Below the pieces are notes generated by a model. It searched no databases. It saw only the letters and a list, made by a program, of their open reading frames with translations, and was not told the DNA's origin. A stretch of 64,000 nucleotides of DNA from Lytechinus pictus (taxonomy: Eukaryota), in assembly GCF_037042905.1 (NCBI RefSeq), contig NC_087260.1, positions 23,436,001 through 23,500,000 of the forward strand, given 5' to 3'. Of the stretch, positions 11,135-25,773 are shown in pieces; position 1 is the first letter of the stretch, and every line of letters starts with the position of its first letter. Both the position numbers and the translations under genes were made by a program.

Positions 11135-14100
11135 ATGCCTCTCAATTTGAAAAGAAATGGAGTAGTTACAGCCCAGGTAAATACATTTTTGTTGAGTAAT
11201 ACTTTATACTTATGTACATTTTCATACATGGTAGGAATTTAAGAAAGATTCAAAGTTTGACTCCAAGCATAAAAACAGTTGATGCCATGATTTGGATTGT
11301 TATTTTCCAGGGAGAAATCAGAGATTCCAGTATTAAGAGATTTTCACACTTACATATATTTATTACCTCTCTTCAACTAATGTTTTATTTAGAAAAATGA
11401 CAAAATAAAAAAGGGCAATTATTATTGGCTCCATGCCATGATATATGTAACCATTTTTATATCAATTTTTCTTTTAAATCTCTATTAGATTCGAGAGGAC
11501 AAAGTTCCAATGATTACCAGGGCCAAGAGGAAGTCAAATGAAGTGATTGGAATACAGGGACCAAGTAAGAAGAGAGCGGCGTTTGGTGACATCACGAATG
11601 TAAGTAATGGGGATCATCTTGTGCAGTCAGTGATTTTTCACCAAAAGATGTTATAAGCTACTGAAAATCCTTATATCTGATTGGCTGGGAGCAAATTAGT
11701 CAACGTAAAACACTGAGAAAATCCTTTCATGGAATCCTCCCTTGATGATTTACATACTTTGTGTACGAAGTCTATGTTTATCAGTGTGTCTTCATAAATG
11801 AAATCCTCAAATCCAGATCAGGAATTCTTCAAAATCTCTGCATAGCATTGGATAGTAAACCGTGAGTGTTTGTACTTGTTCTTTCAAAAATCTACAATCA
11901 GCCAATCAGATTAAAGGATTTCAGTAGCTTGTGACTCCTTTTGTAAGGAGGTGGGAGAGTAGAGCACCATTTTACAGAAATTGATATTTACAATGGATTC
12001 TGCATTGCCTTGCTCATAGGGTCATTCCAATAATTGGAGAAGTTGTAATTTATCATATTCCAAAATTCAAATTAATTGTAAAAGCAAATGAAAAATATTA
12101 GCATAGCTGATGCATTTTATGTGTTTATCTGGTGACTGATATCGTTTTTTTTTTATAATCTTTTCTAGGCCTTCACCAGTAAAAATATTTTAGGGCAGCC
12201 CAAGAAAGGATTAGTGAAGAAGCCTCCTGTGAAATCCTCTATTCCGATCAAGGCCGTGTCAAAGGTCAAGGAGAATGTTACTAAAGACCATAGGGTACCT
12301 CCAGTGGAAACAGAGAAAGCTGTGACGACCATCTTGCCAGAAACCCTACCAAGTACAAGGTACAATACTTATAATAATCCCTTTTTCTCGAAGACCAAGT
12401 CCATCCCAACAATGTGTGGTTTTGAATGAATAATGAAAAATCAACCGAGTATTATGCCGATTATGTCATCAAATTCAAATATGAAATTTATGACATTTCA
12501 AAGTTGTAATTAATTTTTAAAATATGATTATTTGCAAGATCTGGTAGGTATGCTAATGAGCGAACCAATGGCATAACCCGCTATTCTCTGGAATACTGGA
12601 ATGTTGGATTTTTTTCCTCATGACAGCATGGTTTGATCCCTTCATTTTCATTCTAAAAATATTTTAAGCCATTGCTGTCCAGTCTGAAGAATGTTTAATC
12701 TCTTTCGTTCTCTTCCAGTGCCAAGGATACTGAATTTGTTGAATCAATGAACAAGAAGAATCTGGTTTCATCTCCCAGTGTTGAGATCAAAGATGCAGTA
12801 AGTATCACGCGTTAGTATGGACACTACAAGGCTTCCAGGTGTTTAGGCTCACTGGGTTAGTCTCTTTTAAATGAATATTTGGTTTATGAACAGTTCATCT
12901 TACCATGTAGACTGAGTAGCGTTCAGACCAAATGGATTTGAGAAGAAATGGGTATATTCTAATTGAAATTAAACAAAATGGTCAGTAGATGAATTGGTTG
13001 TAGACAAAGTATTAGGCCATGTAGGATGAGACCAAACAGAAAGAGAGAGTGGGTGTCAGCCTTTGATGCAGTTCAATAATTTATCATCATAGGAACTCAA
13101 TGTGCAGAATGGGAGGATGTTAATGAATTAACAGCATTTTTCCTCAAAGTGTCTAAACTTTCAATACAACCATGAATTTTGTTTTGATGTCTGATTTCAC
13201 ATGAACCTACATGTAATGTAGTGTAGTAAAGTATTATACTGTATTGTCAGTGCATGATTAAAACAACATATTACTTTTCACCCGACTTGAATATGCACCT
13301 GAACATGAAATGTGTTTGCATGTTATGTTCTGAAGGAATTCTGAAAGAATTTGCACAACCCGTTTTACACCTAGCAGGCTAGCTTCCAACATTTATCAAA
13401 TATTGGGTGTCCCTGTTCTGGGTAAGCTTTCATTTTCGCAAGAAATCACAGTAATTCAGTCATAAATAGGTATCTGTGTAGATAACTCCCCCCATGGGTA
13501 CAAGAAAAATCAAAGTGAAGCATTTTAAATTAAGTCCTTTTCTCTGATCTTATCCCAGGTTGCAGCCATCTCACTAGAATCTGATGAGGTAGAGGAAGAA
13601 CGGGTAATATCAGAGGAAGAGACAGAAGAGATTGAGGAGTACACAGACATTGATGCAGAGAACTTGGGTGATCCTAACCTAGCTCCGAATTATGCTGCAG
13701 ACATTTTCAAATACCTCAAAGAAAAGGAGGTAGGACCATCTTTGTTCAATTAATTTCAATTATATCAGGGACTCCTGCTGCAAAGTAGAATGGTAGATGG
13801 TTTCTTCTCTTTACAAATTTCTGTATTTTCACCGTTGCTGTTTTATATTATGAATATTTGATTATCACAGGGCATGTTGACCTATAGTCCAGTTTGGCTT
13901 CTTTGAGAGGGTCCGGGAAGCTATTATTTCTGAAGCTGAAGATAGAAGGATGCATACCTTACAACTTTAGCATCACTCCATTACACACAAACCCTGACAG
14001 AGGTGTAGTGGTGAGGGGTAGTATGCACAGTTTGCATTATTTAATATTACTTGCTAATAAGCCCAGCACACACTATGCAACGTGATAGCAGTAAGACCCG

Positions 14101-17100
14101 ATTGCAGCAAAATAGCAGAGTGCGTCAACCTGCAACACGCTGCAACTGTGATCCGATTGTTGCAGAAGAATCGCAGACCAAATCTTAGAACGACATGTTA
14201 AATCTTTCTGCGATTTCGCTGATTTCAGCTAATGAGATTTGTCCGAGACGAAGACGTCTTGCCCAAGTTGCTGCGCTGATGCATTGCAGACAATGTATGT
14301 GCAAAAGAAGAGGTGCCATGGAGATGCAGTGTGTTGCAGAGCTGTTGCAATGTGTGCCATTGCATCCCATAGTGTGCTGGGCTTTAGTCTCAGATCCCAC
14401 TTTTTTCTGATTTCTGACTTGATTGATTTATTTCCCATGTTTATTTTAGGAATCAAGTCAGATTGATGACTACTTCAGTAGACAGAAGGATATCACCCGT
14501 CACATGAGGTCTGTACTGGTTGATTGGCTTGTTGAAGTACAGGAGAACTTTGAACTCAATCATGAAACACTCTACCTAGCAGTCAAACTCACAGACATGT
14601 ACCTCGCAAAGTGCAAGATTGCCAAGGACCTACTGCAGCTCCTAGGAGCAGCCTCGCTTTTCATTGCCTGCAAATTTGATGTAAGTGAACTAGAGGTTGA
14701 TCAAAGTTGGTTACTGGGGAGCGTTTCATGAAAGGACTTGTCAGACGTTTTATCCGACAAGTCCCATTTTATCCGACAGTTACTATAGTAACAGTGCCTC
14801 TCAGCCAATCAGAATCGACGAAAGATGTCAGATCTGACAACTTGTCGGACAAAAATGTTGATGAAACGCTCCCCAGATTGGCAACTTGTTAGGATTTTTT
14901 TCAAGTATATATGTATTGTTTGCTGTGTAAAACTTGAAAAAAAATGTGAGGGCTGCTGAGAAGTCCACTTATTGTGCCTAGAGAATTAGATGCGCTATGT
15001 CACGGGCAGACGTGTTTGATGAATCAAGGGCATTTCAAGCAAGATAGCCCCCCCCCCTTTCTTTTTAATAGACTCGTTTTTGAAATCTGAATGAAGAGCT
15101 TTTCTATAGTGATTTTCACTAACAATTTGCTTTGAGCCAACCAGTTACACGGATATCTGTAGCTTATAACAAAATAGTCTGTGGACTTCACTGATCATTC
15201 ATTACATGAAATTCTCTACAGAAGGGTAAAAAAATGAAGTTGAGGGTGATTTACTGCCAACATTTTAAAAACTGCCCTTTTAATTACCAAATATCCATCA
15301 TAGATTGCTGGTATAAAAAAATGTCACTCGGTTTCGCATGTGGAGCATCTTTTTCAGTAAATCATTGATTAATTTGAAATTAATTTGCCAATGATAATCA
15401 TGAATACGTGCTGCCATTTTCTTGTTTTATAGGAGCGTATACCACCAGCCCTAGATGATTTCCTGTATATCTGTGATGATGCATACTCTAGGACACAGTT
15501 TACTGATATGGAGAGGAAAGTACTAAGGGTTGTCAACTTCTCTCTTGGTGTCCCACTCTCCTACAGATTCCTCAGAAGATATGCAAAGGTAATGATCAAT
15601 TCATCATCAGACAGAAATAGTCAATTGGTCTACACCTGTTTCATATCCTTTTCATTTGGTCTTATACCACATAGTCTAATCCTAGGTCATCTACATTTAC
15701 CTACCATTTTTGTCCATATAATTTCTATTCAGCCCATTGATCATTTGGTTAAATTTACAGTTAGGCTGTACCCATTTAGTGTCTGATATTCACTATGGTC
15801 CATCATCATTTAGTCTATATGGTTAGGCAAACTGTTTATGAACAGAATTTTCATTCACCAATATAACAAGTTCTAAGCTACATGTTAGACCAAGTGAAGT
15901 GAAGCCGAATGGCAATAAGACCTCTTTGATAGACTGAATGGGAGAAAATTGTTGTGTATCACTACTACTTTAATACAATAGTATGTATACATGTTTATGC
16001 ACATAAAAGCCGCTTTGCTATAGCCTATAGCCAGGATAACTATGCTGCAATATTAAGTGCTAAAAGGAGTCTGATAAAGAAAGTGTAATTAATCATTTTG
16101 TCATGTAATCTTCTCTTGATACAGTGTGCCCATGCTACCCTGGAGACTCTTACCCTAGCTAGGTTCATTCTAGAACTCTCATTAATGGAGAGTACATTCA
16201 TTACAATGGCTGATTCTCTCATAGCATCCTCTGCTCTCCTTCTAGCTTTCAGGATGAAAAGCAATGGCACTTGGGTAAGATATTCTTTTATAATTTCTAT
16301 TTTTTTCTCTGTCTCTCTGTCTCTTTCTACACCCTGTCTTGGAGTTGCCAACTAGTCCCGTTTTTCAGTTCAGAAAATTGAGAAGACTGATGGTTTCATG
16401 TAAAATACTGATTATATCTAAAGTTTCAGTTTTATGTGTTGTCCTTTGGTAATTATTTGAAAATACCAATTTCCTCACTAAAATGCTGAATTTCAGCATT
16501 TAGAATACCAAAATGTTTTTGTTCATATCAGCAGCTCTGCTCTTTCACTTTGCCAGACTTTACACATCATCTTCACACTTCGGATTTTTTGCTGTAATTT
16601 ATGATTTCAGATTGTCAAGTATTGAAAATGCTTCACATTTGTTTATTATGTTTTAGGATGCTACACTGAGACACTATTCAGGTTACAAGGAAGAAGATTT
16701 GAAGCAATGCATGTACCAGCTAAACTCAATGCTTAACAGAGAACCAAACAAACAACTTGCCACTGTCAGGAACAAGTACTCTCATCCGTAAGTTATACTT
16801 TGCTTCTTTCTTTCTCTTTCCATTATGTCAAGATCCTAATTGCCAATGATTTTTCATTTTTGTGGTATACATATCACAGAGCGGTCGAGAAATATTCTTG
16901 AACCATTGCAACTTTTCAGGCCGGAGATAAATTTTTTCTATTTATGTACAGAGTAATAATGGTTATATAGTTAATAATGTTCTGCCTGTTGGCAGTTCTT
17001 TTCAAGTGATTTAGGCCCTCTAATCAATGCTAATGTGATTCTTGGAGAATGCTTGGTGTCGGCCAAATGTCAGGCCAGGGAAAAGTAAGATGACGACTTT

Positions 17101-17371
17101 ACCATAAGGCAATTTACCTTTTGGGATTGTGTATCGTCTGCTGGTCATTAATCCTATTTTACTTTGAATCATTGACATCCAAATGATGTTGAATTCTCTG
17201 TCATGTCTGTGAACACTGATGAATGCCTTTAAAGTTGAATTTGTATGGATGATAATTCATCTGTAGGTTTTTAACTTTTTTTCTCTCTCTCTCTCTTTTT
17301 CTATCACTCACCGGTACAGTTTGTTCTATGAGGTAGCCAAGATCCCATGCATTGACCCGTTGGAGTTATGA
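11135..17371 (+). CDS. CCNB3: G2/mitotic-specific cyclin B3 (10 coding exons, ~437 aa)
   Basis: Exons 11135-11176, 11489-11599, 12169-12359, 12719-12797, 13559-13729, 14450-14680, 15433-15588, 16125-16274, 16657-16787 and 17320-17371; all introns are GT-AG and phase-compatible. Motifs: D-box RAAFGDITN; cyclin box MRSVLVDWLVEVQENFELNHETLYLAVKL; DDFLYICDDAY; PLSYRFLRRYAK; B3-typical C-terminus KYSHPLFYEVAKIP. Confidence 0.95.
14060..14383. mobile_element. Harbinger-type MITE in a cyclin B3 intron
   Basis: TIR AGCCCAGCACAC pairs with GTGTGCTGGGCT; internal TGCA-rich repeats; flanks ATA/TTA. Confidence 0.75.
14717..14873. mobile_element. Harbinger-type MITE, flanks CTG/CAG
   Basis: TIR GGGAGCGTTTCAT pairs with ATGAAACGCTCCC; internal GTCAGAC/TCCGACA repeats. 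Confidence 0.8.
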
Positions 17372-17722
17372 TGCAGTACCTAACTCAATGCCACCATCAT
17401 CTATCAAGAATCGCCGCCACCATCATCGTCATCACTGAGGTCATTCATGGTGATTGAATGACCAAGAAAAGCCTTTGCTATCAAGCCTCGGTCAGTGAAC
17501 CATCATTCCATGAAGAAAATAGTCTCATTTATAGAGTCAAAATCATTGAATTACAATCCATGTTCAGGGGTGTATCCAGCCAGAGTACTAAGAAACAACA
17601 CTTTTGATTGGCTGATGATTGTACATTATCGAAACATCCCTTGAAATGGTATTGTATCTAACTTGGCTGGATGTACCACTGATCCAGCCAAACCAGCTAT
17701 CATGTACAGTTACCAATTCCAG

Positions 17723-19737
17723 GGGCGGTATTCTGAAAACGTTCTTATCTTAATTTTGTTCTTATCTACGTCACGATCTCAAATTGGTATTCTGAAAACG
17801 TTCTTATCTTTTTCTTATCTTTTGTTCTTATCTTTTTCTTATCCTGCTAAACATCCTTTGCTGAGCGCGTAAATGTATTACTCGCGCATATAATACAAAA
17901 GCGCGCTAAAAAGATAAGAACAAAATGAAGATAAGTGGTATTCTGAAAACGTTCTTATCTTTTCTCTTTCTTATCTTTCACGATATTTATGATAATATTT
18001 AAGATAGCTAGAGGGTTATCACATCTCACGATGTCCGCGTTCTTTCTTGCTTAAAATCGATGGCCACTATTAGTAACAAGTACCCACAAGTATTCCTCCC
18101 ACCCTTTCTTTCATTCACCCTTTATTTTCCCGTCTCTTTTTTCTATCCCTTTTTTCTTTCTTTCTTTCTTTATTTATTTTCTCTTTTTCTTCCTTTCTAT
18201 CTGTCTGTCTTTCTTCCTTTCTATGTGTCTGTCTTTCTTTCTTTCTTTCTTTCTTTAAGTTTATCCCTCATTTATATCTTTTGTTTTATTCTTTTGAATC
18301 TTTTAATTTCTTTACTTTTCTTTTGCTTTGTTTCATTTATTCTTCATCTTTCTTCCATTTTTATTTTCCCTTTTCATTTTATCCCTTTCTTTCTTTTCTT
18401 GAATAAGTCTTTATTTCTGCTTTTATTCTTTCCCCTTTCTCTCTTCCTTTCCTCTTCTTTTCTTTTCATTTTTCTTTCTTCCGTCACATTTTTGTAATCT
18501 TTTTATTTCTTCCTTATGTTTTTCTTTCATTCTTTCGTCTTTATATGTGCTTTTCCTTTTTTCCCCTTTTTCTTTCTTTCTTCCCTTAATATTAATTTTT
18601 TCCCCTTATTTTTGTTTTCTTTTTTTTTCTTTTTATTTTTGGGTTCTTTTTTTTTTCTTTTTTCGTTCATTCGTTTGTTCTTTCTTTCATTTTTTTTATA
18701 TTTCTGCTTCCTGACACTCTTGTGTCTTATTTACTTTCTTTCTTGTGTTTTATTCTTTATTTCGCTTATTCTTTTTTCGTTCATTCTTTATTTACTCTTT
18801 CTTTACTTTCCTCTCTGTGTCTTTCTTCTATCAATTTAAAAAAACCTTTTTCTTTATTCTTTCCATTAATGTTTTTTCGTTTTCTTTTTTTATTCATTCT
18901 TCACTTTTCCTGACTTTTTATTTTCCCTTTTCGTTCCTTTTCTTTCTTTGAATTTTCCTTTCTTTCTTTTTGTCTTTCTGTAATCTTTATTTTTGCTTTA
19001 ATTTTCCTTTCACTTTTTTCTCTCTCATCTTTATTTCTTTGTTTCATTTTCCTTTTCCTCTCTTTTTATTCTTTTTTATTTTGTCCTTTACTTTTTTCCT
19101 TTAAGTTACTTTCTTTTCTTTCTTCATTTTTTCTTCCTCACTGTATCATTGATAATCGTTCTATTTTTTTCCCTTATTTTATTATTTTTTTATTTTTTTA
19201 TTTTTAAGTTCTTTTTGCTTGCTTACTTTCGTTTACTCTTTATTTCTTTCATTATTTTTTGCTTTGTTCCTTTCATCTTTTTTTTATTCCTGCTTCATTC
19301 TGACACATTTCTGTCTACTTACTTTCTTTCTTCATATTTTATTCTTTATTCGTACCTGCTTTATTTACTTTTTATCTTTACTTTCTTTCTTTCTTTATTT
19401 TGTGCACGTGTCTCGAAATAATAATCAGTCATTGCGTATAAAATTGCTATTTCGCGCAATGCGCCAGAAACAGTGTACGCAAGTACAGCGCCCATGATAT
19501 TCTCTTGACATAACGAACGCTTCTATTGGTTAAACTGCCAATATAAAGCGCATTTTGATTGGTAATATCCTAGAAATGGGCGTGTTGAAGATAAGAAGGA
19601 GGCAGTCCTTACAAAGATAAGAACGCGTTAAGAAGATTTTCAGAATACCGATTTGCAATGATTTTAGCGTCTTCTTATCTCAATGAGATAAGATAAAAGA
19701 TAAGAACAAAGATAAGAACGTTTTCAGAATACCACCC
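17723..19737. mobile_element. 2-kb non-autonomous Harbinger-type element with CAG TSD and a ~1.3-kb polypyrimidine core, in the probable cyclin B3 3'UTR
   Basis: TIR GGGCGGTATTCTGAAAACGTTCTTATCTT pairs with AAGATAAGAACGTTTTCAGAATACCACCC. CAG at 17720-17722 and 19738-19740. The TIR motif is repeated internally near 17786 and 17937. T/C-rich tract ~18100-19400. Confidence 0.9.
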
Positions 19738-22700
19738 CAGGACTCTACACATCTCTGTGTTTTAGGTCATGGGTTCTTATCATTGTGGAGAGAGGTACTT
19801 GTGTAGTCTTTGCTAGGCGTCAGATAGTGCCGAGATTTGGCCATTATGAATTGTTTTTATATTACTTCTTGGCTTTACCTTTACCTTTTTTGTCATTGGT
19901 GATGATGGTGCTAGAAAATTCAGCCTTTTCAATTCGTTTTGTAGTAATAATAAAGTTCTACTGGGTAGTCTTGTGAACCAAAGAAAATGGGTGAATTAGA
20001 GGTGAAACTGTTGTGTCGTACAGGATGCAAAGATGTCCCACACGACGCACAACATTTTCACCTCAAATCAACTACAGACAAAATATTTTGTTGGTTGCCA
20101 CTTTTTTCACAAGACTTTTCAGTAGTACTCTATGTTTTATACAAGGGTGTGAGAGTTCAGATTTTTATCTGATTTCAGATTTTTTGTTGTTTTGATTTTC
20201 AGCTTAATTTCAGCGTATATTTGGCCTTCCTCTGTACAAAAAGTATGGGAGCTCTTTCTATTTCAGCTTTTTTCAGATCTTTTTATTTGTGACCACTCAC
20301 ACCCCTGTTTATAATAGCCACAAAACAATTGAAGTTCCTTGTTTGTTTGGACAGCAGGTTGAAAAAGATGTTAAAATGGCTAATTTTTCTAGCATGGACA
20401 TGGAATGGAACTTTTGTTGAATGGAATCTCACACCTTTAATATATCGTTGTCTGGCTGGTAGAAGGACATTGGGACTTACCCCTACATCAATCCCATTTC
20501 TGATAGTCAGGCAGAAGGATGTTATCTCCCCTGCGCTAGCTGTACATTTTGTGCAGCGTGTGCTTGAGCTAACGCCCCTATGCCAGATGCACATGCAGCA
20601 AAATCATCGCACAGTGCCACAGCCAGGCAACAATATCTTATTAAAATCATGGTATTTGATCATGTTTGAGAAGGGTTTTCATTGATAATATTTGTCATTC
20701 TTAGTTATGACGAATATCAGGTGTCAATTTTACATTCAGACTGTTGGCGCACAATACTGCCCCTTCAGTGTGGAGAGTCCTGAAAATACAATGTACATAG
20801 ATGATGATGGGGGTGTTAAACCTCTTTTTTATCTAGAAATGTTTTTAAACACACGAACAGCTCAGAGAAAGCTAGGTTTTTTAGTTTGGGACATAAGTGG
20901 CAACATCCTTTTGCCCAGAAAGAGTTTTCTACAGGGATTAGGTAACACTCTGGAGCTGCCACCATTTTCATATTTACAGCCCTTTCTGAGCTGCCATTAA
21001 AATGTTCAAAGTAAAAAATAAAAAGATACAAGGTTTTACACTTAGTGACCAGATGGATTTCCACTCTATGATGAAAATGATGGCAGATGATTGCAGCTTT
21101 TTACCTCTTGTTTTGAGAGATTTTATGATAGATGATGAGGTATGTGTAATCAGTATTTTCATGATTCAGGTGCCAAGTCAGTAAACCATTGTATATGCAT
21201 TTATTTCATGGGCTTTCTTTGATTTTAAATGAAATTGTGGTCCTCTCATTCATTATCCCTTCGAAAAAATGTTTTATTAATCAGTGCTATGGAGATCGGC
21301 TAATACCTTCATAATTTTAAGGGGATGAATTCGTGAAATGATCTCCTCAGCTCAGGCAAAATTATGTTCATTGATATCTTTCGAATTACAAGACTTTCTG
21401 ATAATATAATGTAATTTTTGTTTAAAAGTTACCTCTGTATGCAATCATTGTATATAATTACAAAAGCACTCTGATCTCTCTTCCTCTTTCTATCTGTCTT
21501 TTCTTTTTTTCACATCTCCTCTCTTCCAACTTTTCTTCTTTTTTTTCCAAATAACTTGCTAAAAATCAAGCTTTTCTGATTAGTTGCTTTACAATGACTT
21601 GTACGTTCTATTCTCTTTGATTTTCCTTTTTAGATTAGCTTTATTTAATTTTCCATCAATTTATTTTGATATTTCAGTGCCCACATTGATTTATGAACGC
21701 TCTCTATTAATTATTTATTTTTATCATGAAAGGCGAAAATCAAAGAAGGGGTGTTATCAATTATGTCTGTCATTTATAAACTTACTAATAAACACAAACT
21801 ACAGTTCTTTTAATCTTGCACTTTTTAAGATTCTTTTATTGAACAGCAAACAGCATAAAACACAATTTAATCATTACCGATCATGAATTTTATTATGTAT
21901 CACATTTCTAATGAAATTTCTAATGCATATCTGCAAAGAGAAATTATGAAAACTGATATATCCGTTTATATATTCATTGTGCCTAACATCTTGTATAGAT
22001 TATATGTATAGTATGTTGTAAATATGATTAATTAGTAAGAGTATGAGAAATGTTTGTGAGTTGATATATGAATGAAGATATGTGACACATTACGTCACTC
22101 GTTTTACTTGGCTACAAGATAAATGTTGAAGAAATGCATTTCCAACTTGGCAATATTTTAATTTATCAATTTCAATCATTTGAATTTCCAATTTGCATTT
22201 ACAAAAAAAAAACAGGAAAATAAAAATGGTAAACATGATTGAAATGTACCAAAAAGACACATGTAATAATTTTTTGAATTGGTTGTTTTGGATAAGGGTT
22301 TTACTTTAATTGGGATTTAAACAGAATGAAAAAAAAAATAAATTTAACAGTTTGATTGTAATAATGATTTTATGCACACCTCGTACAGAAATATTCAATT
22401 AAACATCTGTATGTTGCAGGGCCCAGATGTCTGTCATGGGTCAAAAGTGCATGTACATTTGCTGTATTTTTAACAACTTTTTATAAAAATAATGAAATTT
22501 GTTTCAGACACTATTATTGAAACAATACCAATCCATTGACCATGATTTTATGAGTTAGTTTTTATGAATCTATTGGGAGAATATCTATTTAACTTTTTAA
22601 TTGAGAGATTTTCAATAATTCACTAACTTTTAGTAAGAAAAAAAAGAGTGATGACCAATCCATTACTTTTTGTAGTCTTTTATGAATAATCAGTCGGTAT

Positions 22701-23329
22701 CTCTCTTGAGTGCCCTAACAGACTTGATTAAAAGATTTTTAGCATTAAAAATTAGTTATATCCCATTTCTCTTTAATTCCATTAAGAATTGATCACCTTG
22801 AAATATTGCACTATTCAATTGACCATGGTATTTTCCTTGTCTCCATGAATTCTTGTTTAAAAACTCATTGGTAACTTATGGCATGATCCCATTGTACAGT
22901 GTATCATTAAAGTCAAATCAAAAGCAAGGGCGTGAAAGGGATGGAATCAAACATTGTCCTATTATACTATGCAATTTTCATGTTTCTTGAAAAAATAGTA
23001 CCAATATTTTTAAACAGATTTCAGTGGATGCAATAAGAGTCAATTTATTACATGATGGAACATGCAAAGGAAAATATAAGAAAACTACTGTATAAATTAT
23101 GTAAAGGAAAATGTAAAGTAGTACTAAATAGTGAGAGAAATAAAATTGTTGGGAACATAACTACTTGTCTTAAATATTTGACTTTTTTGAGTTTACAGTT
23201 TTGTATGTATGACAAAGTTTAGTCTTCTCCCTTTTCCCTAATCTTCCATCTATTTTTCTTTTTGTCACTCTCCTCCCACACTCCAATTCTGATGTTGAGA
23301 TGTGTATGAAAAAAAATGAAAGGAAGGGA

Positions 23330-23730
23330 TGTTGATACTAATAATGATGGCGATGATGATGAGGTACTGGTGATAACAATGGTGATGATGATGCAGTGAT
23401 GATTGATAAGATGATGACCACTATGGCCATGACTGATTGTGAGCGTGAAGATGATGGCAGTGGTAGTGATGACCTTCGGGATGATTCTGGCAGTGGTTAT
23501 GATCGTGGGGAATAGTGATAACAGGATGAGTTTGTAAAGTGATGATGATGATGACGATGATGATGACAACGATGATGATGATAATGGTGATGATGGTGGT
23601 GGTGCTAGTGGTTGAGATGATAATAGCAATGATGATGATCAGTAGTAGTTATGGTGGATGAAATTCTGATGGTGACGATAGTGGCAGCAGCATGATTGGG
23701 GTATAGTGATAACAGGATGAGTGTGAAAAG

Positions 23731-23761
<31 letters not shown>

Positions 23762-23770
23762 AGTGATAAG
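23330..23770. repeat. (GAT)n-rich low-complexity repeat with a duplicated block
   Basis: GATGAT runs; GTGATAACAGGATGAGT occurs at ~23516 and ~23706. Confidence 0.85.
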
Positions 23771-23879
23771 CGTTCCATGTTGAAATTGTTCTCTCTTTGA
23801 GATAGATAATTGTAATGCTTATATCGTAGGGGGCGCAATAACTATGCTCAAAATCTGTCTGCATCTCTGAAAGCTGAAA

Positions 23880-24440
23880 AATATTGAGAGGTGGTCACAC
23901 ATGCACCTGTTCGCATAAACTCGAGGAGGTATATTTTATCCGATGCGAAAGCAAGCCGCTCTTCTTCCGCCGGGCCTCTGGCAGATCAATTCGACCAAAC
24001 CGTCTAAAGCTAGCTAACAGGGGCTAACAGCTCGAATAAGGGAGTGAATTTGTGGTTTTCCAGTTGGGCATACCGGGACTCGGGAGTCACTGGTCGGTCT
24101 TTTTGGTGGATTACCTGCGGCGCGTGCTCGGCGTGTGGACTGTAAATAGTTCAGCGAGGAGTTATTTAAAGCGACTTCCGGGGTCCACTTTCAAGTTCCA
24201 CTTTCTCTAAAACATTACAGGTTACAGACTCTTTCGAAATTCGGTGGCTCTCTGGGAGTGTTTTTATTATAGCCGCTATCTGCAGGATATCAAGATTTGG
24301 TGAGTTATATTTTTATTTTAGCACCAAGTAAGAATTGTGTGTCCATTGTGTGGAGCTGCCGAACCCCCAAAGGTAATTTGATAGTGACCTCCCTGTCCCT
24401 TACCACGGGGGCGGGGCCGGCGTGCCATCCGTTGCTTTCC
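23880..24440 (+). promoter_or_regulatory. CpG-rich promoter / non-coding first exon, probably of LHFPL6
   Basis: Local CpG/GC enrichment, ETS-like ACTTCCGG (~24174), strong donor TG|GTGAGT at 24300 and GC box GGGGCGGGGC (~24407). The next + strand host coding sequence is LHFPL6. Confidence 0.5.
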
Positions 24441-25045
24441 CGGTACCTGTACCTTGTTCTGAGGATTCCCTGCTCAATTAACCACTAATATTAATCGGCT
24501 TTTTTTTTATAGATCATATGCGCAAGCTGATAAATCAATGAGGGTCTGTTGTTAAATCTGTTGAAATATTATTCATAAATTGCACTGTACATGTTTTCTC
24601 TCATTAAATTCTCTGGCTGTTCAAAAAGAAGAAGTATACTGTCTTGAATTGCCTTGTAATATATCACGTGTAATTTATTGTACTTACAAGTTACACATAG
24701 GATTTTGGGTTAATATTTTTTATTGACATATGATAATATCTTTTTTTTATTTCATTGAAATATATTTATTCAGGAAAACACAAGATCAGTATAAAAACCG
24801 TTTTACATGAAGGTCCTGAAAAGGTTAAAAAGTTGCATCAAAATTCAAAAATCAAAACTGATATAAGAATATGACCAGCTGCATAAAATAACCTTTAAAA
24901 AAGAAGAATGACAATGGCAGTACTTATTCATGCAATTTATTTTTATTATGACCATTACATTAACTATTGATAATCAAGATGGATGATGGTGATAATATGA
25001 AGATCATCATTGATGGTGGCAATGATCCTGGTGATGAGGATGATG

Positions 25046-25553
25046 NNNNNNNNNNNNNNNNNNNNNNNNNNNNNNNNNNNNNNNNNNNNNNNNNNNNNNN
25101 NNNNNNNNNNNNNNNNNNNNNNNNNNNNNNNNNNNNNNNNNNNNNNNNNNNNNNNNNNNNNNNNNNNNNNNNNNNNNNNNNNNNNNNNNNNNNNNNNNNN
25201 NNNNNNNNNNNNNNNNNNNNNNNNNNNNNNNNNNNNNNNNNNNNNNNNNNNNNNNNNNNNNNNNNNNNNNNNNNNNNNNNNNNNNNNNNNNNNNNNNNNN
25301 NNNNNNNNNNNNNNNNNNNNNNNNNNNNNNNNNNNNNNNNNNNNNNNNNNNNNNNNNNNNNNNNNNNNNNNNNNNNNNNNNNNNNNNNNNNNNNNNNNNN
25401 NNNNNNNNNNNNNNNNNNNNNNNNNNNNNNNNNNNNNNNNNNNNNNNNNNNNNNNNNNNNNNNNNNNNNNNNNNNNNNNNNNNNNNNNNNNNNNNNNNNN
25501 NNNNNNNNNNNNNNNNNNNNNNNNNNNNNNNNNNNNNNNNNNNNNNNNNNNNN
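25046..25553. other. Assembly gap (N run) within a GAT repeat
   Basis: N characters. Confidence 1.
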
Positions 25554-25773
25554 ATGATCATCATGATGGTAATGAGGAAGATGATGATGGGAGGGGGTCA
25601 ACCATGGTTCTGCTAGTGTACTGTAAAATATGATTTTAAACATACATATAAGGATCTTGAGCAACTTGATATATTTATTTCCATATATTTCTTTCCCATG
25701 AAAAAAAATGCATTTAAAATGTGCACTTCTAGAAAGAATATACAGGGCCACCAGGTTGAGGGTAGTGATAGAG

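Noticed and set aside
11135-17371. Cyclin B1/B2 or cyclin A assignment
   Set aside because: The RxxF-type D-box, the FELNHETLYLAVKL cyclin box and the KYSHPLFYEVAKIP tail are B3-type.
18060-19497. F/L/S-rich 'membrane protein' ORFs
   Set aside because: Artefacts of the polypyrimidine core of a MITE.
20283-21886. Cluster of 60-118-aa ORFs
   Set aside because: No motifs or exon structure; probably cyclin B3 3'UTR or intergenic sequence.
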